A model generated the notes under the pieces. The model worked only from the letters and a program-made list of their open reading frames with translations, made no database searches and was not told the origin of the DNA. Source: Camelus ferus (lineage: Eukaryota). From it: a DNA stretch of 64,000 bases. The DNA lies in contig NC_045696.1 in NCBI RefSeq assembly GCF_009834535.1, forward strand, positions 50,904,001 through 50,968,000, given 5' to 3'. The position numbers were made by a program, and so were the translations under genes. Of the stretch, positions 22,428-35,434 are shown piece by piece (position 1 is the first letter of the stretch; the number at the start of each line of letters is the position of its first letter).

Positions 22428-24289
22428 GTTGTTAACAGTACATAAGAAGGTCCCTTCCAGTGCAGTTCAAGAGGGTTTTTTATTCAATGTCTCTTCCATT
22501 AGATGAAGTTTCCTAGATGATGATCATGAAAACTCAATTTAAGAAGTGTCGTGGGAAGCTGGCCTTAACTTGTTCATTAGAGGACTGGGTACAATATTGC
22601 AAGTACTCCCTTGCGATATTTTGCTATATCTGCATGCAGCAGCAAAGAGTCTAATATCAGGGGTGAAATTTCTAGAAGTATGGGCCTTCCTGTCAACGAT
22701 TCATAAGGATATAACCGATGGGTCCCTGAGAAAATGGATCATATGACCAAAAGAACTAGTGAGAGTATCTTTAGCCAGGAGAGCTCAAGGATTTCCAAAA
22801 GTTTTGCTAATTTTAATTTTAAAATTCCACTGGTTCATTTGATCTTTCCAGAAGTTTGTGGGTGGTAAGGACAGTCTAGTGTTTGAGAAAGACTAATGCC
22901 TTACAAAGTTCTTTTATAGAGGTTCACGTAAACCATGTGCCTTGATCACTTGATATAAAAGTTGACATACCCCAGGTTGGAAACACAAAATCAAGCAACT
23001 TTTTAGAGGCTGAAAAGAATTCTCAGCAAAGATTTTCAGTAAGGAAATGCTGTAACTTATCCTAAAAATAAACCCCATGGAGAGTGGGAGCTGGATAAAA
23101 TCCACCTGAAGGTGCTCAATGGTCCTGGAGGCTTTGGTTCCTCGCTGGGCCTCATCTGTACAGTTTTTCTAGGATTATGTTGTTCACAAGTAAAGCATGT
23201 CCCCAAAATAATCTCAGCTGTCTTTTTAAAGTTTTCCCACCAATGTTGATTTAAGACAGTAATCAATTTGTCTTTACCATGATGAGTAGTTCCATGGAAA
23301 AATGCAGGTAACATCAACTTGAAGTCATCTAGTGCCACCAAATGGCTATCTCGAGGGTCCCAAGGATTATCTGAGTGAAGGAAACACCACATTTCTTCCA
23401 TTCTTCCTTTTCCAAATCATGAAATTTTGAGGTGGATATTTGACAATGGCTTCTTTGACTCAGTCCAGAGATTCTTCTTTTAGGGGTTTGGCTAGTATTA
23501 TAACCTTGGTTAAGGATGCTAGTTTGGCAAAATGATCTACTAGAGCATCTTCTATCTCTGTTACCACAGGCCTCCATCTTTATAATAACCATCTCACTGG
23601 GAAGCAGAAGTGCATCTAAAACTTCCTTAACTCGTACACTTTTGATGGGGATTCCAGCAGAAGTGAGAAAACCTTTTTGTTTCTAAAGCATTATGTCCTA
23701 CTCCAGAAGCTCATCTACTATCTGCATATATGTTTACTCTCTGGTCTTCAGCTAGTTGACAAGCTCTAATAAGTGTTATAAATTCTGCCATCTGGACTAA
23801 CTGCCCCTCAGGGAGAGGGCTATCCTGTAACAGAGAGTTCAGATCAGTGATAGCATTAGTGATAGCGTGAGCATCTCCAGCTTCAATTTTGAAGTATGAC
23901 TCATCAACAAATATCAAGTCAGGATTCTCAAGGGGAGTCTCTAATAAAGCGGAGCGAGGTACAGAAAGCTCCCTAAGATGATTGTGAAGTACCCCTTCTT
24001 CTTGTAAGGGCAGGGGAGTGGCAGAATTCAGGGTGTTGTAGCAGTTGATAGTAATGTAAGAGCGAGAGGGCAACACAAGTTCCTAAGAGGTTAACTGACT
24101 GACTTAAAAATGTTGTGTGTCCACAGTGAAGTCTTTACTCCATGTGGAACCATAAGGTCAAGCAGGGAGCCTAGAACTAATTCAGGAGAAGCGTCAACAA
24201 GTTTTGCAGTGGTAGCGTTACCCCAGGACAAGGGGTATCAATCAACCCTGCAACTGGAGTGAGGGTGAGGCTACATTAAGTGGTTTCTT

Positions 24290-24418
24290 TTTAACTTAAA
24301 TTTTTTATTCTGAGATAATTATAGGTCTCATGCAGTAGTAGGAAATAATACAGAGAAATCCCATGTGCCCTTGACTCCCTGTCTCCCAAAGGCAACATCT
24401 TGCAAAACTATACTGGTA
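24290..24418 (-). mobile_element. Short L1 3' UTR fragment nested in proviral pol
   Basis: T-rich tail followed by GAAATAATACAGAGAAATCCCATGTGCCC...AACATCTTGCAAAACTATA, an L1M-type 3' end. Confidence 0.6.
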
Positions 24419-26059
24419 ATAAAGTTCACACTTTAAAAAGTGATGAGTTTTTGATGGTTCTCATGAAGTCTGTTTAAAACCAAGGTGTGTCTAGAACACT
24501 CATGTATAAATTGACAAAAGGGTTTGTTGTTGTTATTGTTGTTAGGGATATCTAGGGAGGCGGGCTGTTGAAGAGCTTTCTTCAGATTATAGAAGGCTTG
24601 TTTGATACTTGGGCTCCCAGAACAGAGTGGCTCTTAATGAAGACTTAGCCATTTCATAAAGTGATGTCACAATCTCAGAAAAATTGGCACCCACAGTGTG
24701 AAATATCCAGGTAGACCTAGGTGTCAACTTAAGTGAAATGTTGTGAGAAGTCTAGGACAAATTTGGATAGTCTTCATCCTGTCATGAGAGAATGTTTTTC
24801 CCTCCTTAAATAGGTCATGCCCTAAATAACGGACTGTGTTTTGGCAAAATTGCAATCTACCTTTTTTTGAAAGTTTATGCCCCTGTTCTGCTAAGGCTGA
24901 GAGCAAGGAAGTGGAATCTTTTTTTATCTGAATAAAATCAGATATCATCTACATATTATATCAGAACTGAATCACAAGGGAAATTTGGATCTTTTACTTC
25001 CTGATTAAGGCCTTAAAAAGAAAGGAGGGGGCTTCAGTGAACTCTTAGGGCCTAGCTGTCCATGTAGAGTGTTATCCCATCAGTTGAAGGCAAAAAGGTA
25101 TTGACTGTCCTGGTGTAGAGACACACACCAGGAAAGGCAGTCAAAGACCCAAGGGTTGTACTTAAGGGCCGGAAGATTAGGAAAAACCTGTGAGTTATTT
25201 TGAATACCTACCACTTGTGTGCTATGTCTACACCAACGAAGAAGTTGAGCAAAGATGGCAGACCTTAGTGTAGAAAGATTAGTGTTGTTGGAAAATATTT
25301 TCTAGTTTATCCCAAAATCTCCTATAGTTTCATCTTTTTGCTTGTTGCATGATTGAATTATGCAATCAACTCTTATTGGAAATGTTTCAGGTGTGGCTTT
25401 TAGGAGATTTTGACCTACTTTTATGGCTTTTTTTTTTCACTCTAGAGTTTATTGAGTTTTGAGCCCTCTGATTGATCCTGCATTGGAAGCAGGGGCAAAA
25501 ATTGGGGAAGTAGGCAGTCATTGACCAAGTCCTGACTTTTCTGGGTTATTTGCTGCATTTGTGGTCTAACTTCTCGAACTGGTTGCTGCAAAGGTTGTGG
25601 GTCCAGGGGCTATTGTCATATATGGTCTGGCCATTGTCTGCTTGTATGTTCAGTCTCTCACAGTGCAAGCTTGTCATTGATACTTTTAAGGCCTGGCTGG
25701 TAGACCATGTTTTACATGTGAGCTATTGAACTATATAGGTATATATATAATAACAATATTTGGACATACAGCATTTTATACTTTCTAATACAACTTCAAA
25801 TACATTCTTCCCCTCTTTTATCCTTACAGAAATCTTGTGATCTGGGAGGTTAATTACCTAAGGTCACTCATAGGATTTGGGCTAGAAGTAGAGGAGTCAG
25901 TCATCATATAGGCTGATTTGTAATCTAACACTCAAATTGTCTGGTATAGCTATCACCTATAATGGCTTTAAAATAAATATCTTGGGCTCTGTGCGCTGAT
26001 AAAATGTCTGTTCCAATTGCTTCTAAATTCATTATTTAAAGTTAGGATAAAGCCTTGAA

Positions 26060-26300
26060 GGGTTATAGCTCCCTTCAAATACCTACAAGGCTGTCATGTG
26101 GAAGAAGGATTAGGTTTATTCCTATGGCTCCAGAGGGCAGAATTCACAGCAGTGAGTGGAAGAGAGGCAGATTTCAATTGAAATTATGAAATATCTTTCT
26201 AATAATGAGACACCTGCACCCAAAAGAAGGGGCTGCCTTGTGAAAGGGCCAGTTCTTATCTCTCTTAGTGTCTTGAGTAGAACTCCATGATTCCATACCT
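26060..26300 (+). mobile_element. L3/CR1 LINE 3' remnant
   Basis: CTTCAAATACCTACAAGGCTGTCATGTGGAAGAAGGATTAG...GCTCCAGAGGGCAGAA...GAGGCAGATTTC resembles the L3 consensus from memory. Confidence 0.65.
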
Positions 26301-27759
26301 CTAGAGAGTGCTTGAACTGGCCAGGTCAGCTAATCTCAAGGGACATCACAAATTTCAAGTTTATTAAATGTTTTTAAATCATAAAAAGAGGCATAGACAT
26401 TTTAAATCCAGCCATTTAACATCATTTAAATTCTGGATGAAATTATTATGTTTCTCAAAAACAGCTCTATTTTAAACTTTACCCCTAGACTCTTCCTTGA
26501 ATTATTAATTTTGTCCTTATGCCCATATATTTTCCAAAAACATTGTTTAAAAAGTGGGGGGGGAAAAGTTAAGTCTTAATAAAAGTCCTAATAGGAAGTC
26601 ATCTGATTCAATCTTCCATCTGCATCATTTTCTGATGGCACAGTTATAAAACTTTATACCAAATGCATTGCTCTTACTTTTGGGTGTTTTAATAAATTGT
26701 AAGAATTCAATGAGGTTTCAAAAAGAGAGAGAGAAATCCCTTCCTTTGAATGGTAAATGCTATGATTTTAATCTGTAATCGTAACTCTTTGAACGTGATC
26801 TTTTTCTTCTTTGTGGCTTCTTTTTTAATGCTCCCTCAGGTTAAACGCAGTTATATTCTTTTCTAGTTTACAAATAACTTGAAGCTGAAATACAACAGTG
26901 AGTCCCCTTCTACATCTGAATTGTGATTGTTTGATTTTGTTTTGCAAGGACTTCCGAGGAATCCTCTTCTCAATCTATCCTTTACCTGCCCCTTTTAACT
27001 GTTTACATTGAACCCCCTAATTTTTGCCTGGAGGTACTTCTTTTTGATTTTGGGTTCCTCTCTTTTGAAAGACAATATAGAATCCCGGGGATTCTGCCAA
27101 ATCTAAGAAGTCATTGCAGAAGTCAAGAGGACAAGAAGCTGGGGCAGAAAGAAATGCCCTCTGCACAAATCCAGTTGCTCTGAGTCGTCTTTGACAACTT
27201 CCGGGACCAGACTTAAGGTGGCATTCGAACTGTTTTCATTACTATGTCTATATAGTTTTACATGACTGTAATATTTACATATGTATACGTATGGCAAGTG
27301 GACAGAGAAAGCAATGACGTGAGGCTCCTTGAGAATAGGTGGTGATAAGGAAATAAAACAGGTGTTTGGAGAGGGGTTCTGTAAGAGAAGGGAGAACTGA
27401 GAGTTAATACCCATCATTCAGACAGGCAGTTCTCTACAGGTAGCTGACTGGAAATGTGAACTCGTGCACCCTCTTTGGGGACAGGCTGTGTTGCTTTCTA
27501 TTTCTTTGCTTGCAGCCAGGTGCACATTTATTTGAAACGGAATGAATTTTCTGCTCAATGGCCGGTCAGGTTAACGCTTCAAGACTAGTGGATATTTCTT
27601 TTTAATGTCTTCAATGCTATTTTTTCCTTTTTTTTTTTCTTTCTTTCTTTCTTTTTGAGATTGAGGAGGAAGAGCTCGGTTTAAATTCTGGTTGGGTAAG
27701 TGGGGGATTCTCAGAAATGAGAAAGGGGGAAGGAAACGGACTTAAAAGCCAGAGAGCAA

Positions 27760-28560
27760 AGCACCAGCCCTCGGCCCCCACATCCTGCGCACCCCCTACC
27801 TCCGCCCCGTGACCTCCCGAGGAGACCCCAGGCGGCTGCATCAATATTTGATCAGCTTTTCACCAGCGCGTTGCCAGCACTCGTCGGCGGGGCTTGCCAG
27901 GCATCGCCCGCGCTACGCTGAAGCCCGCGCCGGCGCCCGAAGGGGCTTCGGAAGGACCGGCTCTGCGCTCGCCCTCTCCGCAGGACGGCTCGGCTTCGCG
28001 GCCGGGGCGCGGCGCCCACCATGCGGGGCTGCACGCGGCTCGCGCTGCTCTGCGCGCTGCCCTGGCTCCTGCGGGCGGCCGCGCCGGGGCGCACGGCACA
28101 ACCCCTAGCGCAGCGCCGCGACCCCCGCGACCCCGCCAGGGGCGCCGACTTCGATCGCATCTACAGCGGGGTGGTGAAGCCTCAGCACCGAGAACATCTA
28201 CTCCTTCAACTACACCAGCCAGCCCGGCCAGGTAAGGCACTCGCTCCCCTCGCTCGACTCCCAAGAACTTGCCAGATGTCAGATCCTGTTGCTGCTCTAG
28301 GTCCCCTGGGAATCGACCGCGGGAGACCTCAGGGGCAGGGGACCCTCGTTCCCTTTCTCCTTCAAGGCAATCACTGCCTTGCTCGAGCTGCTGCATCCTC
28401 TGCCACCGGCCTCAGGGACAACTCCGCCTCCTCTCGCGCCTCCCCTGGCCTGGTCGCTGGCGTTTCTGGGCTTTGCAAAGGAGCTGGTTTCCCCGCACTG
28501 TCTGCGGGTCCTGGCCCCCTGCTGGCCTTTCTCTAGGAAGGTCACGATTTCTAGGGCTGC
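27760..28560 (+). promoter_or_regulatory. SIDT1: SIDT1 CpG island spanning promoter, 5' UTR and exon 1
   Basis: Very high GC and CpG density, GC box CCTCCGCCCC near 27800, Kozak context GCCCACCATGC at 28021. Confidence 0.85.
28021..28231 (+). CDS. SIDT1: SIDT1 coding exon 1 (signal peptide and start of the luminal domain), with a +1 frameshift near 28177 as sequenced
   Basis: MRGCTRLALLCALPWLLRAAAPG...ARGADFDRIYSGVV, then SLSTENIYSFNYTSQPGQ only in the shifted frame. Donor CAG|gtaagg at 28231/28232. Length 211 = 3n+1, whereas exon 2 starts in phase 0. Confidence 0.93.
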
Positions 28561-31500
28561 GGAGGGAAAGGACCGCACCTCTGTTCCTAATCCCCTGCGA
28601 GGAAGGAAGCTCATCCCATTTGGATGAGTCTGCCAGACCCTTCTATTTCATAGAGCATGGGGAGGGAGAGCTGCTCAGAATCTAAAATGGGAACGTGTGA
28701 GAATGGACGCAAGCTGCAGAACCTATGTGCATGCGAGTCACTTCCTGCGTTTCTGTACCCTTGTCACACGTATGTGCTTCAGAGAAGCTAGAGGACCCGG
28801 CCAAAGATATCGGGACTGCAGCCATCAGCCGATCTATCCAGGTTTTGATTTCATGTCAGAAGGGATAGTTGTCTTAAAGTTCTAGACCCATTTATGATGA
28901 AAAATTGAGGTTAGATAAGGGGAGGAAATGACTGTTCTAGCAACTATTCCTTTGACACATATACTGATTGTATAAGGTAAGAAAACGCATAGTTAGCTTT
29001 TCCCTTCTAATACGGTGTCCTCTGAGGCACAGAGAAAACTCCTCCGTGTACTTGCCTCTAGACCTTCTTCCCAAATAAATGTATGTAAATGTATATGTAT
29101 ACATATGAATGAATGTATATGCATCCCTTTCTATGCCAGTATTCCCTACTCCCTCAGGAAATTCCAGAACCAGATGATTAGGATACCAAGATATGCTTCT
29201 CTCTGTGACTCTTACTTAGGAGCAGAACTCAGAAACCTGGGCGCTTGGGTAGTACTGAGCCAGAGCGACCAATGTGCCCATCACCACTCCCAGACATTTA
29301 CCGAGTGTGTGTACTGAGCAAGTGCCCCATCTCCAGTGTGGCACCAAATCCTAAGCTTGGTCCTCACCCAGTCCTGTCCCCTGCTGACCTTCAGCGCACG
29401 TCCTGAAGTGAGCAGAGTGGCTGTGTGCGGAGTCATTCCATTGAGGATAAGTGGGAGGGGCAGTTTTTACTCCCCAGGTTCCTTGTAACCCACCTCTTCC
29501 AGTCCAGTGTGCAGAAATTGGACCAGCTGCCATTGTACATGAGGTGTGTTCCCAGCCTTCTGACTGGCTCAGAACAAATGAAACCTCATGGTCTCTGGGT
29601 GTCTGTCACTTTTTCCCTAAACCACTGGTAAGGAAACTCAAATGATGTGTGCAAACTAAAACCTGGCATCAGGCTTCAGTGTTTCTTGCACTTCTACTCG
29701 GAGATAGAGTGACCACTTTTTAACTTTTGCTTGAGCCTTTCCGCTGGTAGTATTGGGTGAGCTCCTCTTCCACAGCACAGGTTGCACTGTTTGCAGTTGG
29801 GGTCACCTGATTGACCTTCCTAGAAAACCAGGAGATACTGAGGACGGGGCAGAGTCCTGTTCATCTCTGTACCTTAGTACCTAGCACAGTGCTAGGCACA
29901 TAACAAGTTTACTGATGTTTTTGAAAAAAATGAATAAATAGGGGAAGAAAGATTTAAGGAATCTTTAAGCTAAAACTAAATAAAATATATACTTTTTAGT
30001 AGGTTAAACGTGAGATCATTTCATATAAAAACAAATTTTTAAAATTGTTCTGAGATTATACCCTTTCCATTTTGCCTGTATGTATGTATAAATGTTCTTT
30101 ATTTTATGAAACAGTGGTGATAATTCATTTTTTAAATATCTTTGCATAATACAGGAGAAAGCTACCAGCCCCTAAAATTTTACTAGTCTGAGAAATACAG
30201 TTGGGAACCATGGGACTGGCAGATAACTCGAGTTTTTTAATTATTTTAATGCCAGTATGCAATAATATGAACCAGATGTCCTCAAATCTTACAGCTTTCG
30301 GAGACCTCTCTTTAATACGCAAGTAAGACAGTGGAACCCTCAGTCCACTTATTCTGGAATATTGTCCTCCTCTCCCTCCAGCCCTGTATTCCTGTCCTTT
30401 CTCCAGAGACAGCATTTTCTGAGCTAGCCATCCAAACCATTACTCTGTTTCTCTTGATGGCCTCCTCTCTTCTTGGTCTCTTTTGCTTGTGTTGGATACC
30501 AGCACTCCTTCCAATACCATGAACACAATGCTGTTGGATACAGCAGAATTTTACTGAAGGTGTGCAATACCATAAGGGAATTGCAGAACAGCACAGGACA
30601 GTAACAGATTTAATCAGAAGCCTAAGCAACACTGTCCTAACAGTTTCCAGCTATTCCCCCACCAGGAGGAATTTCAAAATGGCAGCACATCTTCTTGGCC
30701 ACCCCTCACCCCATATACTAGCCTCTCAGTCTCTAAATTTTTGTTACTCTCTCACATCAAGCAGTTTTGCCTCCATTACCAACCCCAAACTCACTAAAGG
30801 GCTCTGCTAAATAAAGATCTATGACCCCAAGAGCAGAAGCTTGGCGATGACCTTTTTCCTTCAACCTGAACAAAGTCTTGGCCCGGGCTCCCTCCCCTGA
30901 ACGGGTCATTTCTCATCTACCTTTCTTCAGTGCAACAAAGAATTTGGCTTAGAAAAAAAAAGGCTAATTTTTTTTAGTCTTAATCATTTTTTTCTTTCCT
31001 CTTCAAGCCATTAATATGTTTGCCGTTATTTTTCCTTCAGCTGGGAGGAGAAAGGCTATACTAAGTTTAGTTTCAGGGAAGAGAGGAAACTGCTGTGGGA
31101 GAATTTGCTCCTAATCTTTCCTGTCAGCCACTGCGTTACCCAAGCGTGTCATGCTAATTAACCAAGCTCGGCACCAGGAAAAGTCTCACATGCCTTCTAG
31201 GCAGAGAATAATGTAAATATGAAGTTGCCATTAAAAAAAATATATCACTGAAAGAATGGAGTGACTGGTTTAAAGAAGGATAATGAAAATAATGGTGGAA
31301 GGTGCAGGTTAGGCAAGATCGTGGTTCATTTCAGTACCCTGAAGGGGTAGTGTCTGGAGACTCCTTTTAAGGGGTGCAGGGTTCATTATATCAAACAGGA
31401 TGTTCCATAACTGCAGGGCTAGGGCCAAACTAGAAGGAAATCACCTTGTTGAGAAAGTCACCAGGGATATGTTTGACTGGGACAGAGGGCACAAAAGCAG

Positions 31501-32117
31501 GTTTATTGGGAAATGAGAATAAACTTGTAGAGACAGGTGGTGACAATAATCAGATGTTTCATATGAGCTAGATGGTGATAAGCCCTTAAATAAAAATCTA
31601 ACCATCCCCCAACAAGATGTCTTCTCTGAGGCTTGCAGTAACAGAACTCATTGTTCGCCACAGATTTTTGCATTTGAAATGTTTACCTGGAAATATTTCT
31701 TTTATTTTGCTTAGTAAACTGAGGCATTTATTTTAATGACATATACTTTTCTATGCCCAAGGAACAAGCTTTGGCCTTATGAATGTCAACCAGTAGTTGT
31801 ATATCTAGAACCAGTTATAACAGCATCTCAGATCTAGATTCAAAAAGCCTATCCAGTTCTCATGAACAATGAAATATATGTCAGGTCATTCCAGCGGTAA
31901 CTTCTAGCCTCATGCATTACTACTTACGTAGAAGAATTAAAAACTTAGATGTGACAGCCTCAGTTCTCCCAGTCTGGTAGGTGCTCTCCCTGTATTCTTT
32001 ATAAACTAAGGCAGAGAAGCCTCCTCTACTGTCCTCCCACATCTTCTTACTGAACTGGACTGTGTTTGTGATGAGAGAATCATCTCATTAGCGCATTATC
32101 TGGGTGATTGGTTACAA

Positions 32118-32490
32118 TCTCCGTCAGTTTGGGCTGTTAAGAGTACCATACACTGGGTGCCTTAGAAAACAATCATTTACTTCTCACAGTTCTGGAGGCT
32201 GGAAAGTCCGAGATCAAAGTGTCAGCAGATTTGTGTCTGGTGAGAGCTGGCTTCCGGGCTTGTAAACAACACTTACCACTGTGTGTTCACATGGCCCGGA
32301 GGAGAGCTGAGAGAGAAGTAAGCTCTCTCCTGCCTCTCCTTATAGGGGCACCAATCTCATCATGAGGGCTCCAACCTCATGATCTAATTACCTTCCAAAG
32401 TCCCTACCTCCAAATACTATCACCCTGGGGATTGGGCTTCAGCATAAGAATCTGGGGGGTGGGGGGACCACAAAGATTCAGTCTGTAGCA
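32118..32490 (-). mobile_element. MaLR MLT1-type solo LTR
   Basis: TTCTCACAGTTCTGGAGGCTGGAAAGTCCGAGATCAAAGTGTCAGCAGATT...CTCATGATCTAATTACCTTCCAAAG...ATTCAGTCTGTAGCA. Confidence 0.85.
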
Positions 32491-32645
32491 GTCACCTCTC
32501 ACATTTTCCCCTGCAGCTCTGAACATGTCATAAGGGTGTTTAGGGGATGACATTCCTCCAGTTATGAGTCTGATTTTATGGGGAACCCATATTCTGTCTG
32601 CCTTGACCTGATCATCATATGCTAAATTGTATAATGAATTCTGTA

Positions 32646-32963
32646 AGCGTTTGCTGTCCAATGTGGTAGCCACTATCTACAAGTGACTGTCAAGCAACTG
32701 AAATGTGACTAGTCACAGAATGAGATGTACTGTGTAGAACACACACCAGATTTTGAAGACAGTATGAAATAAATAACATAAAATGTGTCATTAGTGTTTT
32801 TAGTGATTATATGATTAAATGCTAATATTTTGGATATATTAGGTTAAATAAAATGTATTAATACAAGTAACTTCGCCTGTTTCTTTTTACTTTCTTAATG
32901 TAGCTACTGGAAAATTTTAAAACACATACGTGGCTCATATTATATTTTTATTGGACAGCACTG
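32646..32963. mobile_element. hAT-Charlie MITE (MER33-like)
   Basis: Inverted ends TGCTGTCCAAT and ATTGGACAGCA around an AT-rich MER33-type body. Confidence 0.75.
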
Positions 32964-33109
32964 CTTCAAGTACTGCAAGACTTTAGAAAAGTCATAATGT
33001 CCCACAGATATCTTTGTTGGAGGAAACAAGGCATGAAAAGGTCACGACAGATAAGCAGAACTTGGGTAGGCAGAGAGAAAGGGGAAAGACCTTTCAGATA
33101 CGGAAAAAT

Positions 33110-35200
33110 ATACCCTATTTCTTTTTTGGCAAGACTACATCAGAGGTGGTGGTGTGTATATTCCTACCAGGAAGCACATAATGTCTGGTTGTTTCTTTTT
33201 TGTGGTGATAGACATCACTGATCATGACTGCCTAGTTTCATGAATTCATTAGGAACAGTAAAATAATATTTAACTGTGTCCTTTATTTTTTTCATTTATA
33301 AACTGGAATACGTCTATAATGAGAAACCTCTCGTCATCAGCTATTTGGTTGCCTTAAGCTACTGTTTGTAACAAACATGGAATAAAATCTTCATTTTTCA
33401 CCTTTATTTACCAATTTTCAAAATAATGAGTTGGTCTCCTAGCATCCTATGACTAGTGATCAATGAGATTTTATTTAGTGTTGTCAGGAGCTCATGAGTT
33501 TAAACATATTTGATATATTTCAATCCATGGTAGTTACTATCCTTATTCAAGTTCCAAGTGTTCATGTCTGGCCAGTGAAAGCCAACCTGCTTTGATAAAA
33601 TCTAAGTGCTCTCTGCCATCTTCTGGGCTTTCTGGCATGAAAAGTTATTCCAAGCTCAACAGGCTCAGTGCCTGTCTCTGAACTGGAATCAGCCATTTCT
33701 CCAGGAAGGTCAGGTTCATTTTAAGTGAGCAGTAGTTTTTAGAGACCATAGTTTGAGAACTAGAGGCCATTACTGCTAGCTGACTTATAATTTTTTTCTA
33801 AGCCTTTTCAGTGGACAGAACTAAGGAATACATAATGGGAGTTCATACCAGTACTTCTAATTTAGATTCAGAAATGCAGGTGTTTTATTTAACCTCAATT
33901 GATTTTACATCTATATTTCATTTCCTTTCTCCTGTGCCAGAAATCTTAGTTCTCAACTAAGTTACTCATTTGCTTTTCACCCACAATATACACAGAACAG
34001 TTTTAGATAACAGTACCAACATCACCACCAACAGTAAGATTACTGGCAACACTTTAAGCTTTATTTTCACAGTTCCTTTTACCTTAGGGTATGTTTCATT
34101 ATGAATGTTGAGTCAAATTACTGTATTTTTAAGTAATGTAGCATAGTTTCTTTCAGTGCAGCTATGTTATCAGCTTATTAGGGTCATTTGTTTCATTTTA
34201 CTTTTGAATTTTAGGGATACTTCTTAATTTTGTTTGAAAATTAAGAAAATTCTACAAAACATGGTGTATTCAAAGATTTGGGGGTTTGTCATTTTTAAAA
34301 ATTTTTGTTAATTTTAAATTTTGATATATTAGTCTAAAGTGTCCATTTTTTTAATATTATAATAATGCTTCTATTTAATCTACAGACCTTATTCAAATTT
34401 CATCAATTTCCCAATATTGCCTTTTAGAACAGTAACAAAAAAGTATTTTTTTTTTTCCTTTTTGATCCAGGATCCAATTCAAGAATACACACTGCATTTG
34501 GTTGTCATGAATCTTTAATCTCTTTGATCAGAAACAGTTCTTCATTCTTTCTTTGTCTTTCAGGACCTCAACACTTTTGAAGAGTACAGCCAGTTACTTT
34601 ATAGATTGCCCCTCAATTTGGATTTGTCTGATATTTCCTCAGGATTAGATTCAGGGTATGCTTTTGGCAGAATACCACAGGAGTGATGTATCCTTAGTGC
34701 ATCATAGCAGAGGCACCTGATGGTAGATTTTCCTATTACTAGTGAGGGTAACATTGATTGTTTGGTTAAGAGTCTCTCCCAGGTTTTTCCACACTGTAAA
34801 GTTACTATTTTCCTTTTGTGATTGAAAAGTAGTTTGTGGAGCAATACCTTGAGATTCTGTAAATATCCTATGCCTCATCAAAGCTTCATCCATGAGTTCT
34901 AGCATTTATTGATTATTCTTGCCTGAATCAGATATTACTACGATGGTTTCCAGCTTGTGATTTTCCTTAATTTCTTATTCCTTCTATATTTACCGGTTGA
35001 CATTCTACTGTAAGAAAAAGCTTTTCTTCTTCCCTATGTATTTATTTATTCTTTATTTATATCTGTGTGGGCTCAGATTCTTTTTCCTGTTTAAAAATTT
35101 TTTAATTGAAGTATAGTTGATGTACAATATTAGGACTCATAGATTGTTCTTTGATCCAAATACTCATTGCTTTAATTTACATTAAAGTTTTGTTATAAAT
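33110..35200 (-). mobile_element. Old L1 (L1MC/MD-type) 3' UTR fragments
   Basis: Motifs GATCCAGGATCCAATTCAAGAATACACACTGCATTTGGTTGTC and TGGAATCAGCCATTTCTCCAGG. Confidence 0.65.
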
Positions 35201-35293
35201 AACCTATAACCTATAATTCTAAGGATTATGTGATTTTTTTTCCTCTTCAGATTAGTCATACTCTACTATTATGGGCATATTAAGAATCTCTTT

Positions 35294-35380
35294 GGGGGGA
35301 AGGGAAATAGCTCAGTGATGGAGCATATACTTAGCATGTATGAGGTCCTGGGTTCAATCCCCAGCACCTCCATTAAAAAA
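35294..35380 (+). mobile_element. Short tRNA-derived SINE (Vic-1-like head only)
   Basis: TAGCTCAGTGATGGAGC...GAGGTCCTGGGTTCAATCCCCAGCACCTCCA plus poly(A); AATCTCTTT duplicated on both sides. Confidence 0.85.
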
Positions 35381-35434
35381 AAAATCTCTTTCACTCTAAC
35401 CTAGGAAGCAGATTTCTCCTCTTTCCTTCTTTCC

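Larger units (their letters stand above)
20294..25660 (-). mobile_element. Decayed class I (ERV1-type, MER31-like LTRs) provirus: 5' LTR part, gag, pol, env, 3' LTR
   Basis: RT YVDD at 24955-24944 preceded by QYLFAF and FTEAPS; RNase H (MAEFITLIRACQL, VNIYADSR); integrase HHCC (HGTTH...CFTC), MDFIQLP and WKGP; env ISD-like SLNSLA*AVVDNCIALGFLFASYGG near 20944-20871. Mutually homologous LTR parts at 25660-25465 and 20867-20690. Confidence 0.9.

Noticed and set aside
22914..24948. Functional or domesticated retroviral pol gene
   Set aside because: Broken into short ORFs by stops, frameshifts and nested insertions, with a stop immediately before YVDD.
13900..27800. Shared bidirectional promoter for SPICE1 and SIDT1
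   Set aside because: The genes have separate CpG islands about 14 kb apart with repeats in between.
27809..28235. Upstream GC-rich ORFs as a rescue of the SIDT1 frame
   Set aside because: The needed frame has stops at 28106-28108 and 28175-28177; the 27894 ORF is in the third frame.
28021..28536. 171-aa single-exon ORF from the SIDT1 ATG
   Set aside because: It is the frameshifted reading running past the donor at 28232 into GC-rich intron; no independent coding evidence.
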